Part shown: in pieces, positions 1 through 8,740 of the stretch
Position numbering within the stretch: the stretch's first letter is position 1
Layout: every line of letters starts with the position of its first letter
DNA from: Rhizobium phage AF3
Direction: 5' to 3' (one strand)
Length of the DNA: 24,000 bases
Sequence record: MT778837.1
Made by a program: the position numbers and the translations under genes
The notes under the pieces: generated by a model
The model's input: the letters and a program-made list of their open reading frames with translations, nothing else
The model's database searches: none
Told to the model about the DNA's origin: nothing

Positions 1-2
1 AA

Positions 3-80
3 AAGCTGTTGAAAGACAGAATCAGACAGACGCAAGCTATCCAGCTTCCTGAAGAAGACGAAGACGACGATTCCTGCTGA
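3..80 (+). CDS. C-terminal end of an upstream gene (partial), acidic tail KLLKDRIRQTQAIQLPEEDEDDDSC
   Basis: Open frame from the window edge to TGA at 78-80; product not identifiable. Confidence 0.5.
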   Translation, partial: KLLKDRIRQTQAIQLPEEDEDDDSC

Positions 81-116
81 GATTGCTATCTGTCTAATAT
101 ACCTCATCAGAAACAG

Positions 117-428
117 ATGGGGTATAGGTACATGGCGATCAAGAAGGAAAATGCTCTTCCGATAGCTTCTATCGTCGCTGTTCTTGCCACTGCCTTTTCT
201 ATCTGGACTGGTGTGTTTGACAGAGGCGTAACAAACGGTTCGCTGTCCGAGAAGGTCAACTACATCGATCAGAACGTCAAGAAGATCAATGACTGGATCG
301 AAAAGAAGCAGGCTCAGGAGCCAGACCTCCAGAGAAGCTTCCAGGACGTAAAGATCGACGTCGTCAGGCTTCAGGAGCAGTTGAACTCGTTGAAGACGAA
401 GGTTGAAGAAATCGAGAGGCGCAGATGA
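117..428 (+). CDS. Small protein with an N-terminal transmembrane segment and coiled-coil C-terminus (true start may be ATG 132)
   Basis: ORF with hydrophobic IASIVAVLATAFSIWTGVF followed by heptad-like KKINDWIEKK...LNSLKTKVEEIERRR. Confidence 0.75.
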   Translation: MGYRYMAIKKENALPIASIVAVLATAFSIWTGVFDRGVTNGSLSEKVNYIDQNVKKINDWIEKKQAQEPDLQRSFQDVKIDVVRLQEQLNSLKTKVEEIERRR

Positions 429-577
429 AAGCATACTCAGTGACTGTGTTACTTCCATCTGGCCGAACGACTCGAACGGTGATCTACGCGGACAGCGTCT
501 CTGCTGCTCGCGAGATTGCTGGAATCATCTTCACGCAAGAAAAGGTGATGAACGCACCAGTTGAGGTGGCTCTGTGA
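425..577 (+). CDS. 50 aa hypothetical protein (MKAYSVTVLLPSGRTTRTVIYADSVSAAREIAGIIFTQEKVMNAPVEVAL)
   Basis: Not in the supplied ORF track. Fills the gap exactly, with an ATGA overlap with the upstream stop (425-428) and a GTGA overlap with the downstream GTG start (574-577). Confidence 0.75.
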   Translation: MKAYSVTVLLPSGRTTRTVIYADSVSAAREIAGIIFTQEKVMNAPVEVAL

Positions 578-1362
578 TCAAAGCCGCCTCTCAGTCCAAG
601 AGTTACGACTTCACTCGAAACGAAGCAGGCAAGCGTCTTCCGAAGATGCAGATCACTTCGAAGAAAGTCATTCCGACTGCGTTGGACGATATCGGACAGC
701 TGTACGACGATCTGAGTTCAGGCAATCTCAATGCGCCTCGGACTCCAGAGACTGTCGTCACTCTGACACTTCCGAACGAACTCGCATTCGCATCAGAATT
801 CGACTGGTCATTCGACGAGAAGAACATTCTCCAGTCGCTGATCGGCAGCATCAATTCGAACAAGACCATCGACACCGTGAATGAGAAACCAGAGGCTGTG
901 TTCTCTGGACTCGCTTCTCGTATCGGAGTGGCTGCATCAGGTGCATTCGGCGGAGACATCGTCTTCAAGAATGCTGGATACGCTCTCGCTCCTCTGAAGG
1001 AGATCTTCTTCAACGGCAATGGCAATCGTACGTTCAACTGGTCATGGGACTTCGCTCCGAAGAATACGCAGGAGTCCGAGAACCTCACGCACATGATCGA
1101 ACGCATCAATGAGCAGTCGCATCCGATCATGCAAGATCTCGGTGTCTTCCAGATCCCGAATGAGTTCGAGATCGAGTGGATCAACTGCAGACTCCCGAAG
1201 ATCACGACACTTGCGTGTACGTCGTTCACAATGGATCCATTCGCAGCTGGCTCGCCGCGCTTCTTGCCGAACGACTCTCCGGCTTTTGTTCGAGTCGTTG
1301 CCACGTTCACCGAGATCGGGATCCAGACTCGAAACACTCTCGAAAATCTAAGGAGCGATTGA
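574..1362 (+). CDS. 48: Baseplate tail tube cap protein, gp48-like
   Basis: 262 aa, GTG start; VFSGLASRIGVAASGAFGG and a C-terminal region characteristic of T4-like gp48; next to gp53. Confidence 0.65.
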   Translation: MIKAASQSKSYDFTRNEAGKRLPKMQITSKKVIPTALDDIGQLYDDLSSGNLNAPRTPETVVTLTLPNELAFASEFDWSFDEKNILQSLIGSINSNKTIDTVNEKPEAVFSGLASRIGVAASGAFGGDIVFKNAGYALAPLKEIFFNGNGNRTFNWSWDFAPKNTQESENLTHMIERINEQSHPIMQDLGVFQIPNEFEIEWINCRLPKITTLACTSFTMDPFAAGSPRFLPNDSPAFVRVVATFTEIGIQTRNTLENLRSD

Positions 1363-1363
1363 T

Positions 1364-1951
1364 TTGTCTTTCTTTAAGAGCTTTCCATTCGCGAACTTCA
1401 CATTCGACGACAAGACGTACCAGATCGAGGATCTTACTCGTCGAGTCGTGTTCGAACCCAAGACATTTTCGAACTACTCCTACGTCTACGACATCGACGT
1501 ATCGGACACTCGTCCTGACATCGCTTCTCAGCTTCTCTATCAGAACGTGAACTACTGGTGGACGTTCTTCGTCGTCAACGGAATCACCATCAACGAATGG
1601 CCGATGTCTGACGGGGAGCTCGAGGATTACTTGTCGTCGAAGTTCACTGAGTATCAGCTCGAGCAAACCTACGGCTACTTCAATGACGACGGTGTGCAAG
1701 TTCCTGCGTTCGGCTTCACTGCATTTCGAACCGAGGACAAGGTCGTCAACTACGCTCTGAACAGAGACGACTTCCTGAACCCTTCTGGCAACATGGCGAA
1801 GACTCGCTTCAATCGAATGACCGTTCGAGAGTTCCACACGGACCAGAACGAGAAGCGCAAGAAGATTCGTGCTGTTCGTGCAGAATTCATCGGTCGCTTC
1901 TTTGACGACTTCCGAAACAGGATCAAAAATGAAGTCGATCTTGGCATCTAA
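1364..1951 (+). CDS. 53: Baseplate wedge subunit, gp53-like
   Basis: 195 aa; YDIDVSDTRPDIASQLLYQNVNYWWTFFVVNGI pattern (polarity x D x A x x Y x x x x Y W W x) typical of gp53; TTG start preceded by AAGGAG. Confidence 0.85.
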   Translation: MSFFKSFPFANFTFDDKTYQIEDLTRRVVFEPKTFSNYSYVYDIDVSDTRPDIASQLLYQNVNYWWTFFVVNGITINEWPMSDGELEDYLSSKFTEYQLEQTYGYFNDDGVQVPAFGFTAFRTEDKVVNYALNRDDFLNPSGNMAKTRFNRMTVREFHTDQNEKRKKIRAVRAEFIGRFFDDFRNRIKNEVDLGI

Positions 1952-1980
1952 CGTTTCATTCTCTAGTTAACGTTTGATAT
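1950..1980 (+). promoter_or_regulatory. Duplicated AACGTTT element, candidate phage promoter region
   Basis: AACGTTTC (1950-1957) and AACGTTTGATAT (1969-1980) in the gap after gp53; the motif recurs in other gaps. Confidence 0.4.
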
Positions 1981-2063
1981 TCTACTTTCATCACCACAAG
2001 TCTCCATTTGCTCTGTTCGCTGGCTGATGGAGGTTCTTTTCACAAGCGACACGGATAACTGAA

Positions 2064-2429
2064 ATGACTGACGCATCTTCTCTCGGACATGAGCTGAAGG
2101 AATACTACTGGGTCTCGAAGACCGGCTACAAGCTGCTGATCGCTGTTTCCAAAGGCTTCGACGGCGGTCTCACGTTCAACACAGCTTCTCTGAAGTGCGA
2201 ACCGTTCTTCAAGGACATGTTCCGCAAGCTGACTGGACGTCTCTACCACTCTGGTGGCTACATCACTGACTCCGACAACAATCACATGGAAGTCCAGGAA
2301 CTCTTCGACTTCGCTGCGTATTCTCGTGGTCGTCCTCCGGTCGAAGGATCTCTCAAGGAGGTCGTGATCGACTCCAATCGCTTCATGTTTGGTGAGTACA
2401 AGCCTGCTTACCTCTACAAGATCTACTAA
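2064..2429 (+). CDS. Hypothetical protein
   Basis: 121 aa, ATG start, between gp53 and UvsX; no recognised motif. Confidence 0.8.
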   Translation: MTDASSLGHELKEYYWVSKTGYKLLIAVSKGFDGGLTFNTASLKCEPFFKDMFRKLTGRLYHSGGYITDSDNNHMEVQELFDFAAYSRGRPPVEGSLKEVVIDSNRFMFGEYKPAYLYKIY

Positions 2430-2444
2430 GAAAGGATAAGTTCA

Positions 2445-3635
2445 TTGAATGAACTGATGAAACGTCTGAAGAAGGCGACAGCCAAGGCGACCGACACGAA
2501 GTCCTTGTCTGAAACAGACTTCTTCGACTACAAGTACTGCGCTCCGTCTGACATCTACCTCTTCAACCTCGTCACCTCTGGTCGTCTTCGCGATTCTGGT
2601 ATCGGTCCAGGTGTGACAATCCTCTCTGGTCAGTCACGTACGTACAAGACCGTGACCGGCATCAACTTCGTCCACGCTTTCCTCGAAAAGTTCAAGGACG
2701 GCTTCTGTGTCTTCTACGACTCGGAAATGGGTGGTCCTGGCTACTGGGATATGGTCGGAGCTGATACCGATCGGATCCTTCACGTCACGATCCAGAACAT
2801 CGAAGAGCTCAAGTTCGACATGGCCAAGAAGCTCGACGAGATCAAGATGGGTGACAAGGTCATCTTCTTCATCGACTCTCTCGGCATGCTTGCGTCGAAG
2901 AAAGAAGCGATGGATGCTCTGAACGAGAACGCCGCAGCTGACATGACTCGTGCGAAGGAACTCAAGTCGTTCTTCCGCCAGAGCACTCCGGCCATGAACG
3001 ATCTCCATCTTCCGTTGATCGCCATCAACAACAACTATGCTTCCATGGACAAGTACGCTCCAGAAGCTATGGGTGGAGGTGGTGGTATCGTTCTCGCAGC
3101 GAACACAATCTTATGGTTCAAGAAGTTCAAGCTGAAGGACGGCAACAGCAAGGACACCGCTGCTGGATCTGAAGTCGCTGGTCACACGTTCCGCATCACG
3201 GTCGATAAGTCTCGCTTCATCAAGGAAGGCACCAAGCTGCACTTCCGAGTGATGTATGGCGAAAATCGTCCTCGTCGTCACACCGGTCTCTGGGAACTCG
3301 CTATCATCACCGGCGACATCTACTCTCCTTCCAAAGGCTGGCGTGCTGCGAAAGTCGTCGACGAGAACGGTGTTCCTCTTCCGAAGGATCAGCATCCCAA
3401 GTTCCGAGAGAACGATAAGTATCTCGACGAAGAGTTCTGGGAAGAGCTGATGTTCAAGAAGACGAACTTCATCAGGAACGCAGAAGCTCGTGTGTCTCTG
3501 ACGTACGAACTGTTGCCTGGTGAAATCGATCTCACCGATGAGAACGCTGAACGTCAAGCCGAACTTGCAAATCTTGAAGATGGTGAATTCGAAGACGTCG
3601 CATTCGATCCTGTAACTGGTGAAATCGAAGACTAA
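2445..3635 (+). CDS. uvsX: UvsX-like RecA family recombinase
   Basis: 396 aa; Walker A-like GQSRTYKT, VIFFIDSLGML Walker B, QSTPAMNDLHLPLIAINNNY; TTG start at 2445 preceded by AAAGGA (alternative ATG 2457). Confidence 0.95.
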   Translation: MNELMKRLKKATAKATDTKSLSETDFFDYKYCAPSDIYLFNLVTSGRLRDSGIGPGVTILSGQSRTYKTVTGINFVHAFLEKFKDGFCVFYDSEMGGPGYWDMVGADTDRILHVTIQNIEELKFDMAKKLDEIKMGDKVIFFIDSLGMLASKKEAMDALNENAAADMTRAKELKSFFRQSTPAMNDLHLPLIAINNNYASMDKYAPEAMGGGGGIVLAANTILWFKKFKLKDGNSKDTAAGSEVAGHTFRITVDKSRFIKEGTKLHFRVMYGENRPRRHTGLWELAIITGDIYSPSKGWRAAKVVDENGVPLPKDQHPKFRENDKYLDEEFWEELMFKKTNFIRNAEARVSLTYELLPGEIDLTDENAERQAELANLEDGEFEDVAFDPVTGEIED

Positions 3636-3662
3636 CGTTTCTCAAAGAACGTTTCTTAATCA

Positions 3663-3706
3663 GACGCATCCGTGATAAATTAGTCATAACAAATCACGGA
3701 TGCGTC
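3663..3706. repeat. Perfect 14-bp inverted repeat (GACGCATCCGTGAT / ATCACGGATGCGTC), 16-nt loop
   Basis: Arms 3663-3676 and 3693-3706 in the uvsX-helicase gap; no T-tract follows arm 2. Confidence 0.9.
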
Positions 3707-3741
3707 GGCATCTCCAAGTCTTCCACAAGAACAAGATATTC

Positions 3742-5169
3742 ATGGCTGAAACACTCGAGCGAATCATCGTCTATTCGCTACTGAACGATCCAGAGTACTT
3801 CCAGAAGGCAGGACCGTTCATCAAGCAGGACTACTTCGTTGACAAAGAGACGAAGGAAGTATTCGGCATATTCCGCAACTACGTCGAGAAATACGACGAC
3901 GTTCCTTCCAGAACCGAACTCAAGACGATCCTCAACGAGAGAGAAATCGAAGACGATCTCAAGGATCTCTGTCACGAGGTCCTCGACTTCCAGACCGACG
4001 ACGAGATCAATCTCGAGTGGATCATGGAGGAGTCTGAAGACTACTGCAGGAAGCGTGCAACGTATCTAGCAATTCTCGAGTCTCTCGACATCATCGAAGG
4101 CAATCAGAAGAAGCTCAAGGCGTCTGTCGTTCCTGAACTTCTCGAACGAGCGATCAATCTGAAATTCGATAACGACATCGGTATCGACTTCTGGGAAGAG
4201 CTCGAACGTAAGGTCGAGAAGTACGACGAGAGCGTAACGAAGATCCCATTCAAGCTCGGCATGCTCAACAAGGTCACCGAAGGTGGCTACGAGCGTCGAG
4301 CAGTGGTTGGCGTGGCTGCACCGACTGGCTTCGGTAAGTCGATCTGGCTAGGTGACGAAGCACTCCATGCTTCTGAGATGGGTTACAACGTTGCGTACAT
4401 CACGTTCGAAATGTCCGACTCTCGCATCGAAGCTCGTCTTGACGCTAACGCTCTAGACGAGACGATGAGTGTCATGAAGACCATGGAGGTCGAGACACTC
4501 AAGAAACGCTTCGAGAACCTTCGGAACAAGAAGCACGGCTACCTCGTCATTAAAGAGTACGGACCTGGTGAGGTCACTGCTCAGAATCTCTCGACGTACC
4601 TCAAAGAAGTCAAGATGGCTAAAGGTGAGCCTGTTGACGTTCTGGTCGTCGACTATCTCAACCTGATGGCTTCGTTCAGATATGCAGCTTCGAATGGCAC
4701 GTATCTCACTCTCAAAGGTGTATGCGAAGAACTCGTAGCACTGGCCAAGCGTCACAACATCGCCATCCTTACTGCCACTCAGTTCAATCGTGGCGGTCAA
4801 AAGAATTCGTCTCCTGAAATCAAGGACATCTCCGAGTCTCAAGGTATCGCGAACACTCTCGACGCCTTGTTCGCTATGTACGACAACGAAGAACTCGAGA
4901 AGATGAACAAGGCTGTGTTCAAGCAGCTTAAGAACCGTTTCGGTGACAAGAACTACTTCAAGTCATTCCTCGTCGGAATCAATCGATCCAAGATGAAATT
5001 CCACGACGTGGCTGAAGAAGAATCACATGCTCTGGCTGACAACGTTCAGACTCCAGAAGTCGTGGACGTAGACAATGCAAAACCAGTTTTCGACAACACA
5101 CCGCTCGGAGATGAGTTTGCGAAGTTCAAGGACAAGCGCGGCAAGTTCTCGAACTTCTCATTCGAATAG
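3742..5169 (+). CDS. 41: Replicative DNA helicase, gp41/DnaB-like
   Basis: RecA/DnaB-like ATPase: GVAAPTGFGKSIWLGDEALH, YITFEMSDSRIEARLDAN, VLVVDYLNLMA, AILTATQFNRGG, ESQGIANTLDALFAM. ATG 3742 preferred over ORF start 3700. Confidence 0.92.
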   Translation: MAETLERIIVYSLLNDPEYFQKAGPFIKQDYFVDKETKEVFGIFRNYVEKYDDVPSRTELKTILNEREIEDDLKDLCHEVLDFQTDDEINLEWIMEESEDYCRKRATYLAILESLDIIEGNQKKLKASVVPELLERAINLKFDNDIGIDFWEELERKVEKYDESVTKIPFKLGMLNKVTEGGYERRAVVGVAAPTGFGKSIWLGDEALHASEMGYNVAYITFEMSDSRIEARLDANALDETMSVMKTMEVETLKKRFENLRNKKHGYLVIKEYGPGEVTAQNLSTYLKEVKMAKGEPVDVLVVDYLNLMASFRYAASNGTYLTLKGVCEELVALAKRHNIAILTATQFNRGGQKNSSPEIKDISESQGIANTLDALFAMYDNEELEKMNKAVFKQLKNRFGDKNYFKSFLVGINRSKMKFHDVAEEESHALADNVQTPEVVDVDNAKPVFDNTPLGDEFAKFKDKRGKFSNFSFE

Positions 5170-5178
5170 GAAAGTGAA

Positions 5179-5778
5179 ATGACAGCAAGTATCGGCGTAG
5201 ATTATAGCATGAGTTGTCCGTCTGTATGCATTGAGAAGGATGGCGAATTGCAGTTCTTCTACATCATCGGAAGCGAGAAACTCTGTCACGAGTTCAAGGT
5301 TGGAAGAGTCTCTGTCAGAGGACTCCACTACAATCCTGCGAACATCAACAACGAGAAGAAGGTGAAGCTCCGTGAGTCTCACTCAGACACAGAGCGATAC
5401 ATGACTCTTGCTCTTCTCTTCGAGCAGTACATTCCGGAAACGACAACCGATCATGCTGTCTTCGAAGCATACGCATTCGGAGCAAAAGGTCGACTCGCTC
5501 AGATGGGTGAGAACACAGGCACTCTCAAGGCAGTCCTTCGTGCAAAGGGCTACAAGATCGAAACGATCTCTCCGACCACAGTGAAGAAGTACGCCTTCGG
5601 AAGTGGCAAGGCTGAGAAAGAAGACATGGCTGACGTCTGGTTCGCTGAATTCGGATTTCACGTCCATGAATACCTAGCGTGTGACAAAGGCAAGAGCCCT
5701 GCGGCAGACGTCATCGACTCATACTACGTACTGGAAGCATGGAAGAATGCTCCGGAAGTAACAGAAGTGAAAGGCTAA
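5179..5778 (+). CDS. RuvC/RNase H-fold Holliday junction resolvase-like protein
   Basis: 199 aa; IGVDYSMSCPSV (first acidic), VFEAYAFGAKGR (second acidic), AADVIDSYYVLEAW (C-terminal acidic), in the RuvC-like order. Confidence 0.7.
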   Translation: MTASIGVDYSMSCPSVCIEKDGELQFFYIIGSEKLCHEFKVGRVSVRGLHYNPANINNEKKVKLRESHSDTERYMTLALLFEQYIPETTTDHAVFEAYAFGAKGRLAQMGENTGTLKAVLRAKGYKIETISPTTVKKYAFGSGKAEKEDMADVWFAEFGFHVHEYLACDKGKSPAADVIDSYYVLEAWKNAPEVTEVKG

Positions 5779-5781
5779 GAA

Positions 5782-6207
5782 ATGCTCTCCGACATGCCAT
5801 CTACGTACACGGCTGCAGACTTCGTCCGTGTCCATGCTTACGAACCAGAAGTACAGCGCGCAATCCGTGACTGGTACTACGAACGAAACATCGGTCAGAA
5901 CGACCCAGTGGCTATTCTGCTCACAAAGCAGAACATCACGTACACTCTGACTGTTCTGTCCACGTTCATCTCCACTCGAGAAACCGTGGATCTCATCAAG
6001 ATCGAGTCGACAGTTCCAGACGACGTGCCAGCTCGCTTCGTCATGAGTTCTTCTGGTTTCACTCGCATCTGGTCTGCTGGCAACAACAGCAAGATCGAGA
6101 CTCTTCAAGAGACTCGCATCTCGAACGAAGGCGAAAACGTCGTGATGTACAAGTCTCGATCAGGCGAATTCCTCTACTTCAATCTCGGGTTACTTGGTGA
6201 AGTTTAG
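5782..6207 (+). CDS. Hypothetical protein
   Basis: 141 aa ORF immediately after 5778; start may be ATG 5794. Confidence 0.75.
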   Translation: MLSDMPSTYTAADFVRVHAYEPEVQRAIRDWYYERNIGQNDPVAILLTKQNITYTLTVLSTFISTRETVDLIKIESTVPDDVPARFVMSSSGFTRIWSAGNNSKIETLQETRISNEGENVVMYKSRSGEFLYFNLGLLGEV

Positions 6208-6268
6208 TTTCACTTCGTAATCAAATTGAAGTATGGTCTCAATAACAAACCATCACCAGGAGATCTGA

Positions 6269-6859
6269 ATGCAAAACTTTGACCTGCTGCTCAAGCAGCT
6301 GGAAGTGACAAGAGGTTCCAATACTATCATCCGGAACCACACGACTGTCACCAACAGTCCGCCAAGTGCTTACAACATCGGGAATCATCTCGGCGGAGGC
6401 CTTCAGCTTCTGCTTCTGTTCTTCCCTGATGCTTCACTCGAGCTGATTCGCTGGTGGGCATTCCATGATTACCTCGAGTACGAAACTGGAGACGTCGTCG
6501 GAGCTGCGAAAGTCAAGTATCCTCAGCTCAACAAGGTTCTCGCAGAAATCGAAGACGATCTTGAGAAGAACGAGTACAAGATCCTCGAAGGTTTCGAAAT
6601 TGAACCTCTCGAGAAGATCGTCCTCGACTTCATCGATCGAGCTGAACTTCTTCTGTGGTGCTTCGAACAGTACCACATGGGTTGCCGAACCAAGCGCTTC
6701 CTCAAGATGATGAACCGTGTCGGCGAGAAGGTCAAGAAGCTTCGTGACGAGTTCAATTCGAAGATCTCGAAACGTCCTTCGGAATACGATGCACACCTCT
6801 CGAAAGGTGTCGCCAATCTCTACACGATCATCGAACATCTCTCAAAGGAAATCGCATAA
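6269..6859 (+). CDS. HD-domain hydrolase, possibly 5'-deoxynucleotidase (YfbR)-like
   Basis: 196 aa; YNIGNHLGG...WWAFHDYLEYETGDVVGAAK resembles the H...HD...E..TGD..P.K pattern. Confidence 0.65.
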   Translation: MQNFDLLLKQLEVTRGSNTIIRNHTTVTNSPPSAYNIGNHLGGGLQLLLLFFPDASLELIRWWAFHDYLEYETGDVVGAAKVKYPQLNKVLAEIEDDLEKNEYKILEGFEIEPLEKIVLDFIDRAELLLWCFEQYHMGCRTKRFLKMMNRVGEKVKKLRDEFNSKISKRPSEYDAHLSKGVANLYTIIEHLSKEIA

Positions 6860-7431
6860 TGTTCATCGGTCTCATCGGCTACAAGAACTCTGGCAAGACG
6901 TCCATCGCGAAGCGCTACAAGGAACTCTTCGACGACTCTGTCAACATGATCGGCTTCAGCAATCCGCTCTACGCGATGCTTGGAGTTCTCGGCATCTCCA
7001 TGGAAGAAATCCAGGACAAGTCGAAACGTGAAATTCCTCACGAAAAGCTCGGCGGAAAGAGCATCCAGTTCGCTCTCAATTCTCTCGGAACGGACTGGGG
7101 TCGGAACATGATCTACAAGAACCTCTGGGTCGAACGCTCTCTCGACGCTCTTCATCCTTTTGCTACCAACATCGCCGACAACGTTCGCTTTCCCAACGAA
7201 TACGACGCGGTCGAGCGGCAGAATGGCATTCTCGTAGCAATCATCAATCCGCATGTCCATGATGACGGAACTGCTCCTGAGAAGCACATCCTCGAACTCC
7301 AGGACAAGGCTGCGTACTCGATCTACAACGATCCTGAGAAAACGGGTCTAGATCTCGCTGCCACCGCACTCTACGAAATCGTCCAATCCGAAAAAGCGAT
7401 CCGCAACGCGGACGTTCTGACATTCATCTGA
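6859..7431 (+). CDS. 1: Deoxynucleoside monophosphate kinase, T4 gp1-like
   Basis: 190 aa; MFIGLIGYKNSGKTSIAK P-loop, FSNPLYAMLGVL, SLGTDWGRNMIYKNLWV, ADNVRFPNEYDAV typical of gp1-like dNMP kinases; TAATG overlap with upstream gene. Confidence 0.85.
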   Translation: MFIGLIGYKNSGKTSIAKRYKELFDDSVNMIGFSNPLYAMLGVLGISMEEIQDKSKREIPHEKLGGKSIQFALNSLGTDWGRNMIYKNLWVERSLDALHPFATNIADNVRFPNEYDAVERQNGILVAIINPHVHDDGTAPEKHILELQDKAAYSIYNDPEKTGLDLAATALYEIVQSEKAIRNADVLTFI

Positions 7432-7441
7432 AAGGCCAAGC

Positions 7442-7894
7442 ATGTACTACGAACTAGTCGACACGATGCACAGGAAGTACGGTTTCTACGATTCCGTCGA
7501 AGGCTTCGACAAGGAGAAATTCTTGACGTTTCTCGAATTCCGTGCAGAGAAGCAGATCACCGAAGAGGTAACCGAATTCCTCCAGGCGATCAAGGACTAC
7601 CGATACGCATCTGAACGCGATGACACCGATGCAATGAAAGCTGCCATCCACGAGATCAACGATGCGATCATCGACATGGCCGTCTTCATGTTCGGAACTG
7701 CCACCTTCACCATGACTCAGGAAGAAATGGAGAAGAGCTACTCGACCGTGATGGAAGCCAATCTCAAGAAGGAACGAGGCATCAAGCCTGGTCGTCCGAA
7801 CCCGATGGGTCTTCCTGATCTCCTGAAGCCCGAAGGCTGGACAGCTCCAGACATCACTCCGTTCTCCAGGACGCTCGAAGATCGTCTTATCTAA
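7442..7894 (+). CDS. MazG-like / all-alpha NTP pyrophosphohydrolase
   Basis: 150 aa; ITEEVTEFLQAI (EExxE) plus EINDAIIDMAVFMFG; C-terminal NLKKERGIKPGRPNPMGLPDLLKPEGWTAPD as in MazG/HisE-like proteins. Confidence 0.75.
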   Translation: MYYELVDTMHRKYGFYDSVEGFDKEKFLTFLEFRAEKQITEEVTEFLQAIKDYRYASERDDTDAMKAAIHEINDAIIDMAVFMFGTATFTMTQEEMEKSYSTVMEANLKKERGIKPGRPNPMGLPDLLKPEGWTAPDITPFSRTLEDRLI

Positions 7895-7913
7895 ACAGTT
7901 TCTCTTCTGAATT

Positions 7914-7929
7914 CGTTTAGAATAAACTG
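7914..7929 (+). promoter_or_regulatory. CGTTTAGAATAAACTG element, candidate promoter
   Basis: Variant of the recurring intergenic motif; includes a short GTTTA-gaa-TAAAC dyad. Confidence 0.3.
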
Positions 7930-7957
7930 ACACTACCAACAGAAGAGAGGTTAGACC

Positions 7958-8740
7958 ATGGGTGAGTACACCAATTTTACGCAGTGCTTTCGAGAAGCAA
8001 TCGCTGACATCACAGGATCTGGCATCGTCACCGAGTCTGCGTTCGGCAAGACGATCGAACTCCGCAACTGGGGTTACGTGATCAATCAGTCCATCTGCAC
8101 AGATGATTTCGAACAGCACTTCGAAGACTGGCCAGTCGAGGTCAAACGTCCGAACCTGGAGTATGGTCGTGCATTTGCCGACTGGATCCTCTCTGGTTCA
8201 CCTGTGATGCCGCAGATCCTCAAGAAGCTCAATCCGGTCGCTGATCGCTTCGACGCCAATCGGTCTGACCTCTCTTCGTTCGAACTTCCGTCGAACTTCA
8301 GCATGTTCTACGGTCCACGCATCAAGCAGCAACTCGATCTCGTGATCGACGAACTCATTGCGTTTCCTGACACACGTCGAGCATGGATACAGGTTCTCGA
8401 CGGCATGAACGACAACAAGCTTCTTCCATCTCTTCGTAACGGAGATCTGAAGACTGTCGAGTATCCGTGCACGATCGGTTTCCTCTTTGATGCTCCTGTC
8501 GACTGGCGTGGAAGAGGTCGTCGACAGCTCAACTGCACCGTCTTCATGCGCAGTCAGAACATGGTCTCTGTCTGGCCATACGACTATCTCATCGGCACCA
8601 AGCTCCAGGAATACATCTCTGATCGTACCGGCTACGAGATCGGTGACTTCTCTGGAGTGGTCGCATCAGCTCACATCTACGAGCGAGACTGGGACTTCTG
8701 CCGCAAGTTTCTCAACAAGCCTTTGGAGTGGCTCGAATGA
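7958..8740 (+). CDS. Thymidylate synthase / dCMP hydroxymethylase family protein
   Basis: 260 aa; FYGPRIKQQLDLVIDEL...DTRRAWIQVL, catalytic-Cys context YPCTIGFLF, FMRSQNMVSVWPYDYLIGTKLQEY, AHIYERDWDF. Asp in PYDY sits where TS has Asn (PFN) and T4 gp42 has Asp (NDY). Confidence 0.8.
   Translation: MGEYTNFTQCFREAIADITGSGIVTESAFGKTIELRNWGYVINQSICTDDFEQHFEDWPVEVKRPNLEYGRAFADWILSGSPVMPQILKKLNPVADRFDANRSDLSSFELPSNFSMFYGPRIKQQLDLVIDELIAFPDTRRAWIQVLDGMNDNKLLPSLRNGDLKTVEYPCTIGFLFDAPVDWRGRGRRQLNCTVFMRSQNMVSVWPYDYLIGTKLQEYISDRTGYEIGDFSGVVASAHIYERDWDFCRKFLNKPLEWLE

Noticed and set aside
561-1550. Alternative + strand ORFs at 561-884, 1109-1351 and 1176-1550
   Set aside because: Out-of-frame Ser/Arg-rich translations inside gp48/gp53 coding sequence.
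1999-2040. Possible terminator: AGTCTCCAT / ATGGAGGTT stem followed by CTTTT
   Set aside because: 19-nt loop, two G-U pairs, short interrupted T-run, and it sits close to the next start; too weak to call an intrinsic terminator.
7442-7894. Calling the MazG-like protein a toxin-antitoxin or defence component
   Set aside because: MazG-like NTP-PPases are common phage metabolism genes and the neighbourhood is nucleotide metabolism, so a defence role is unsupported.
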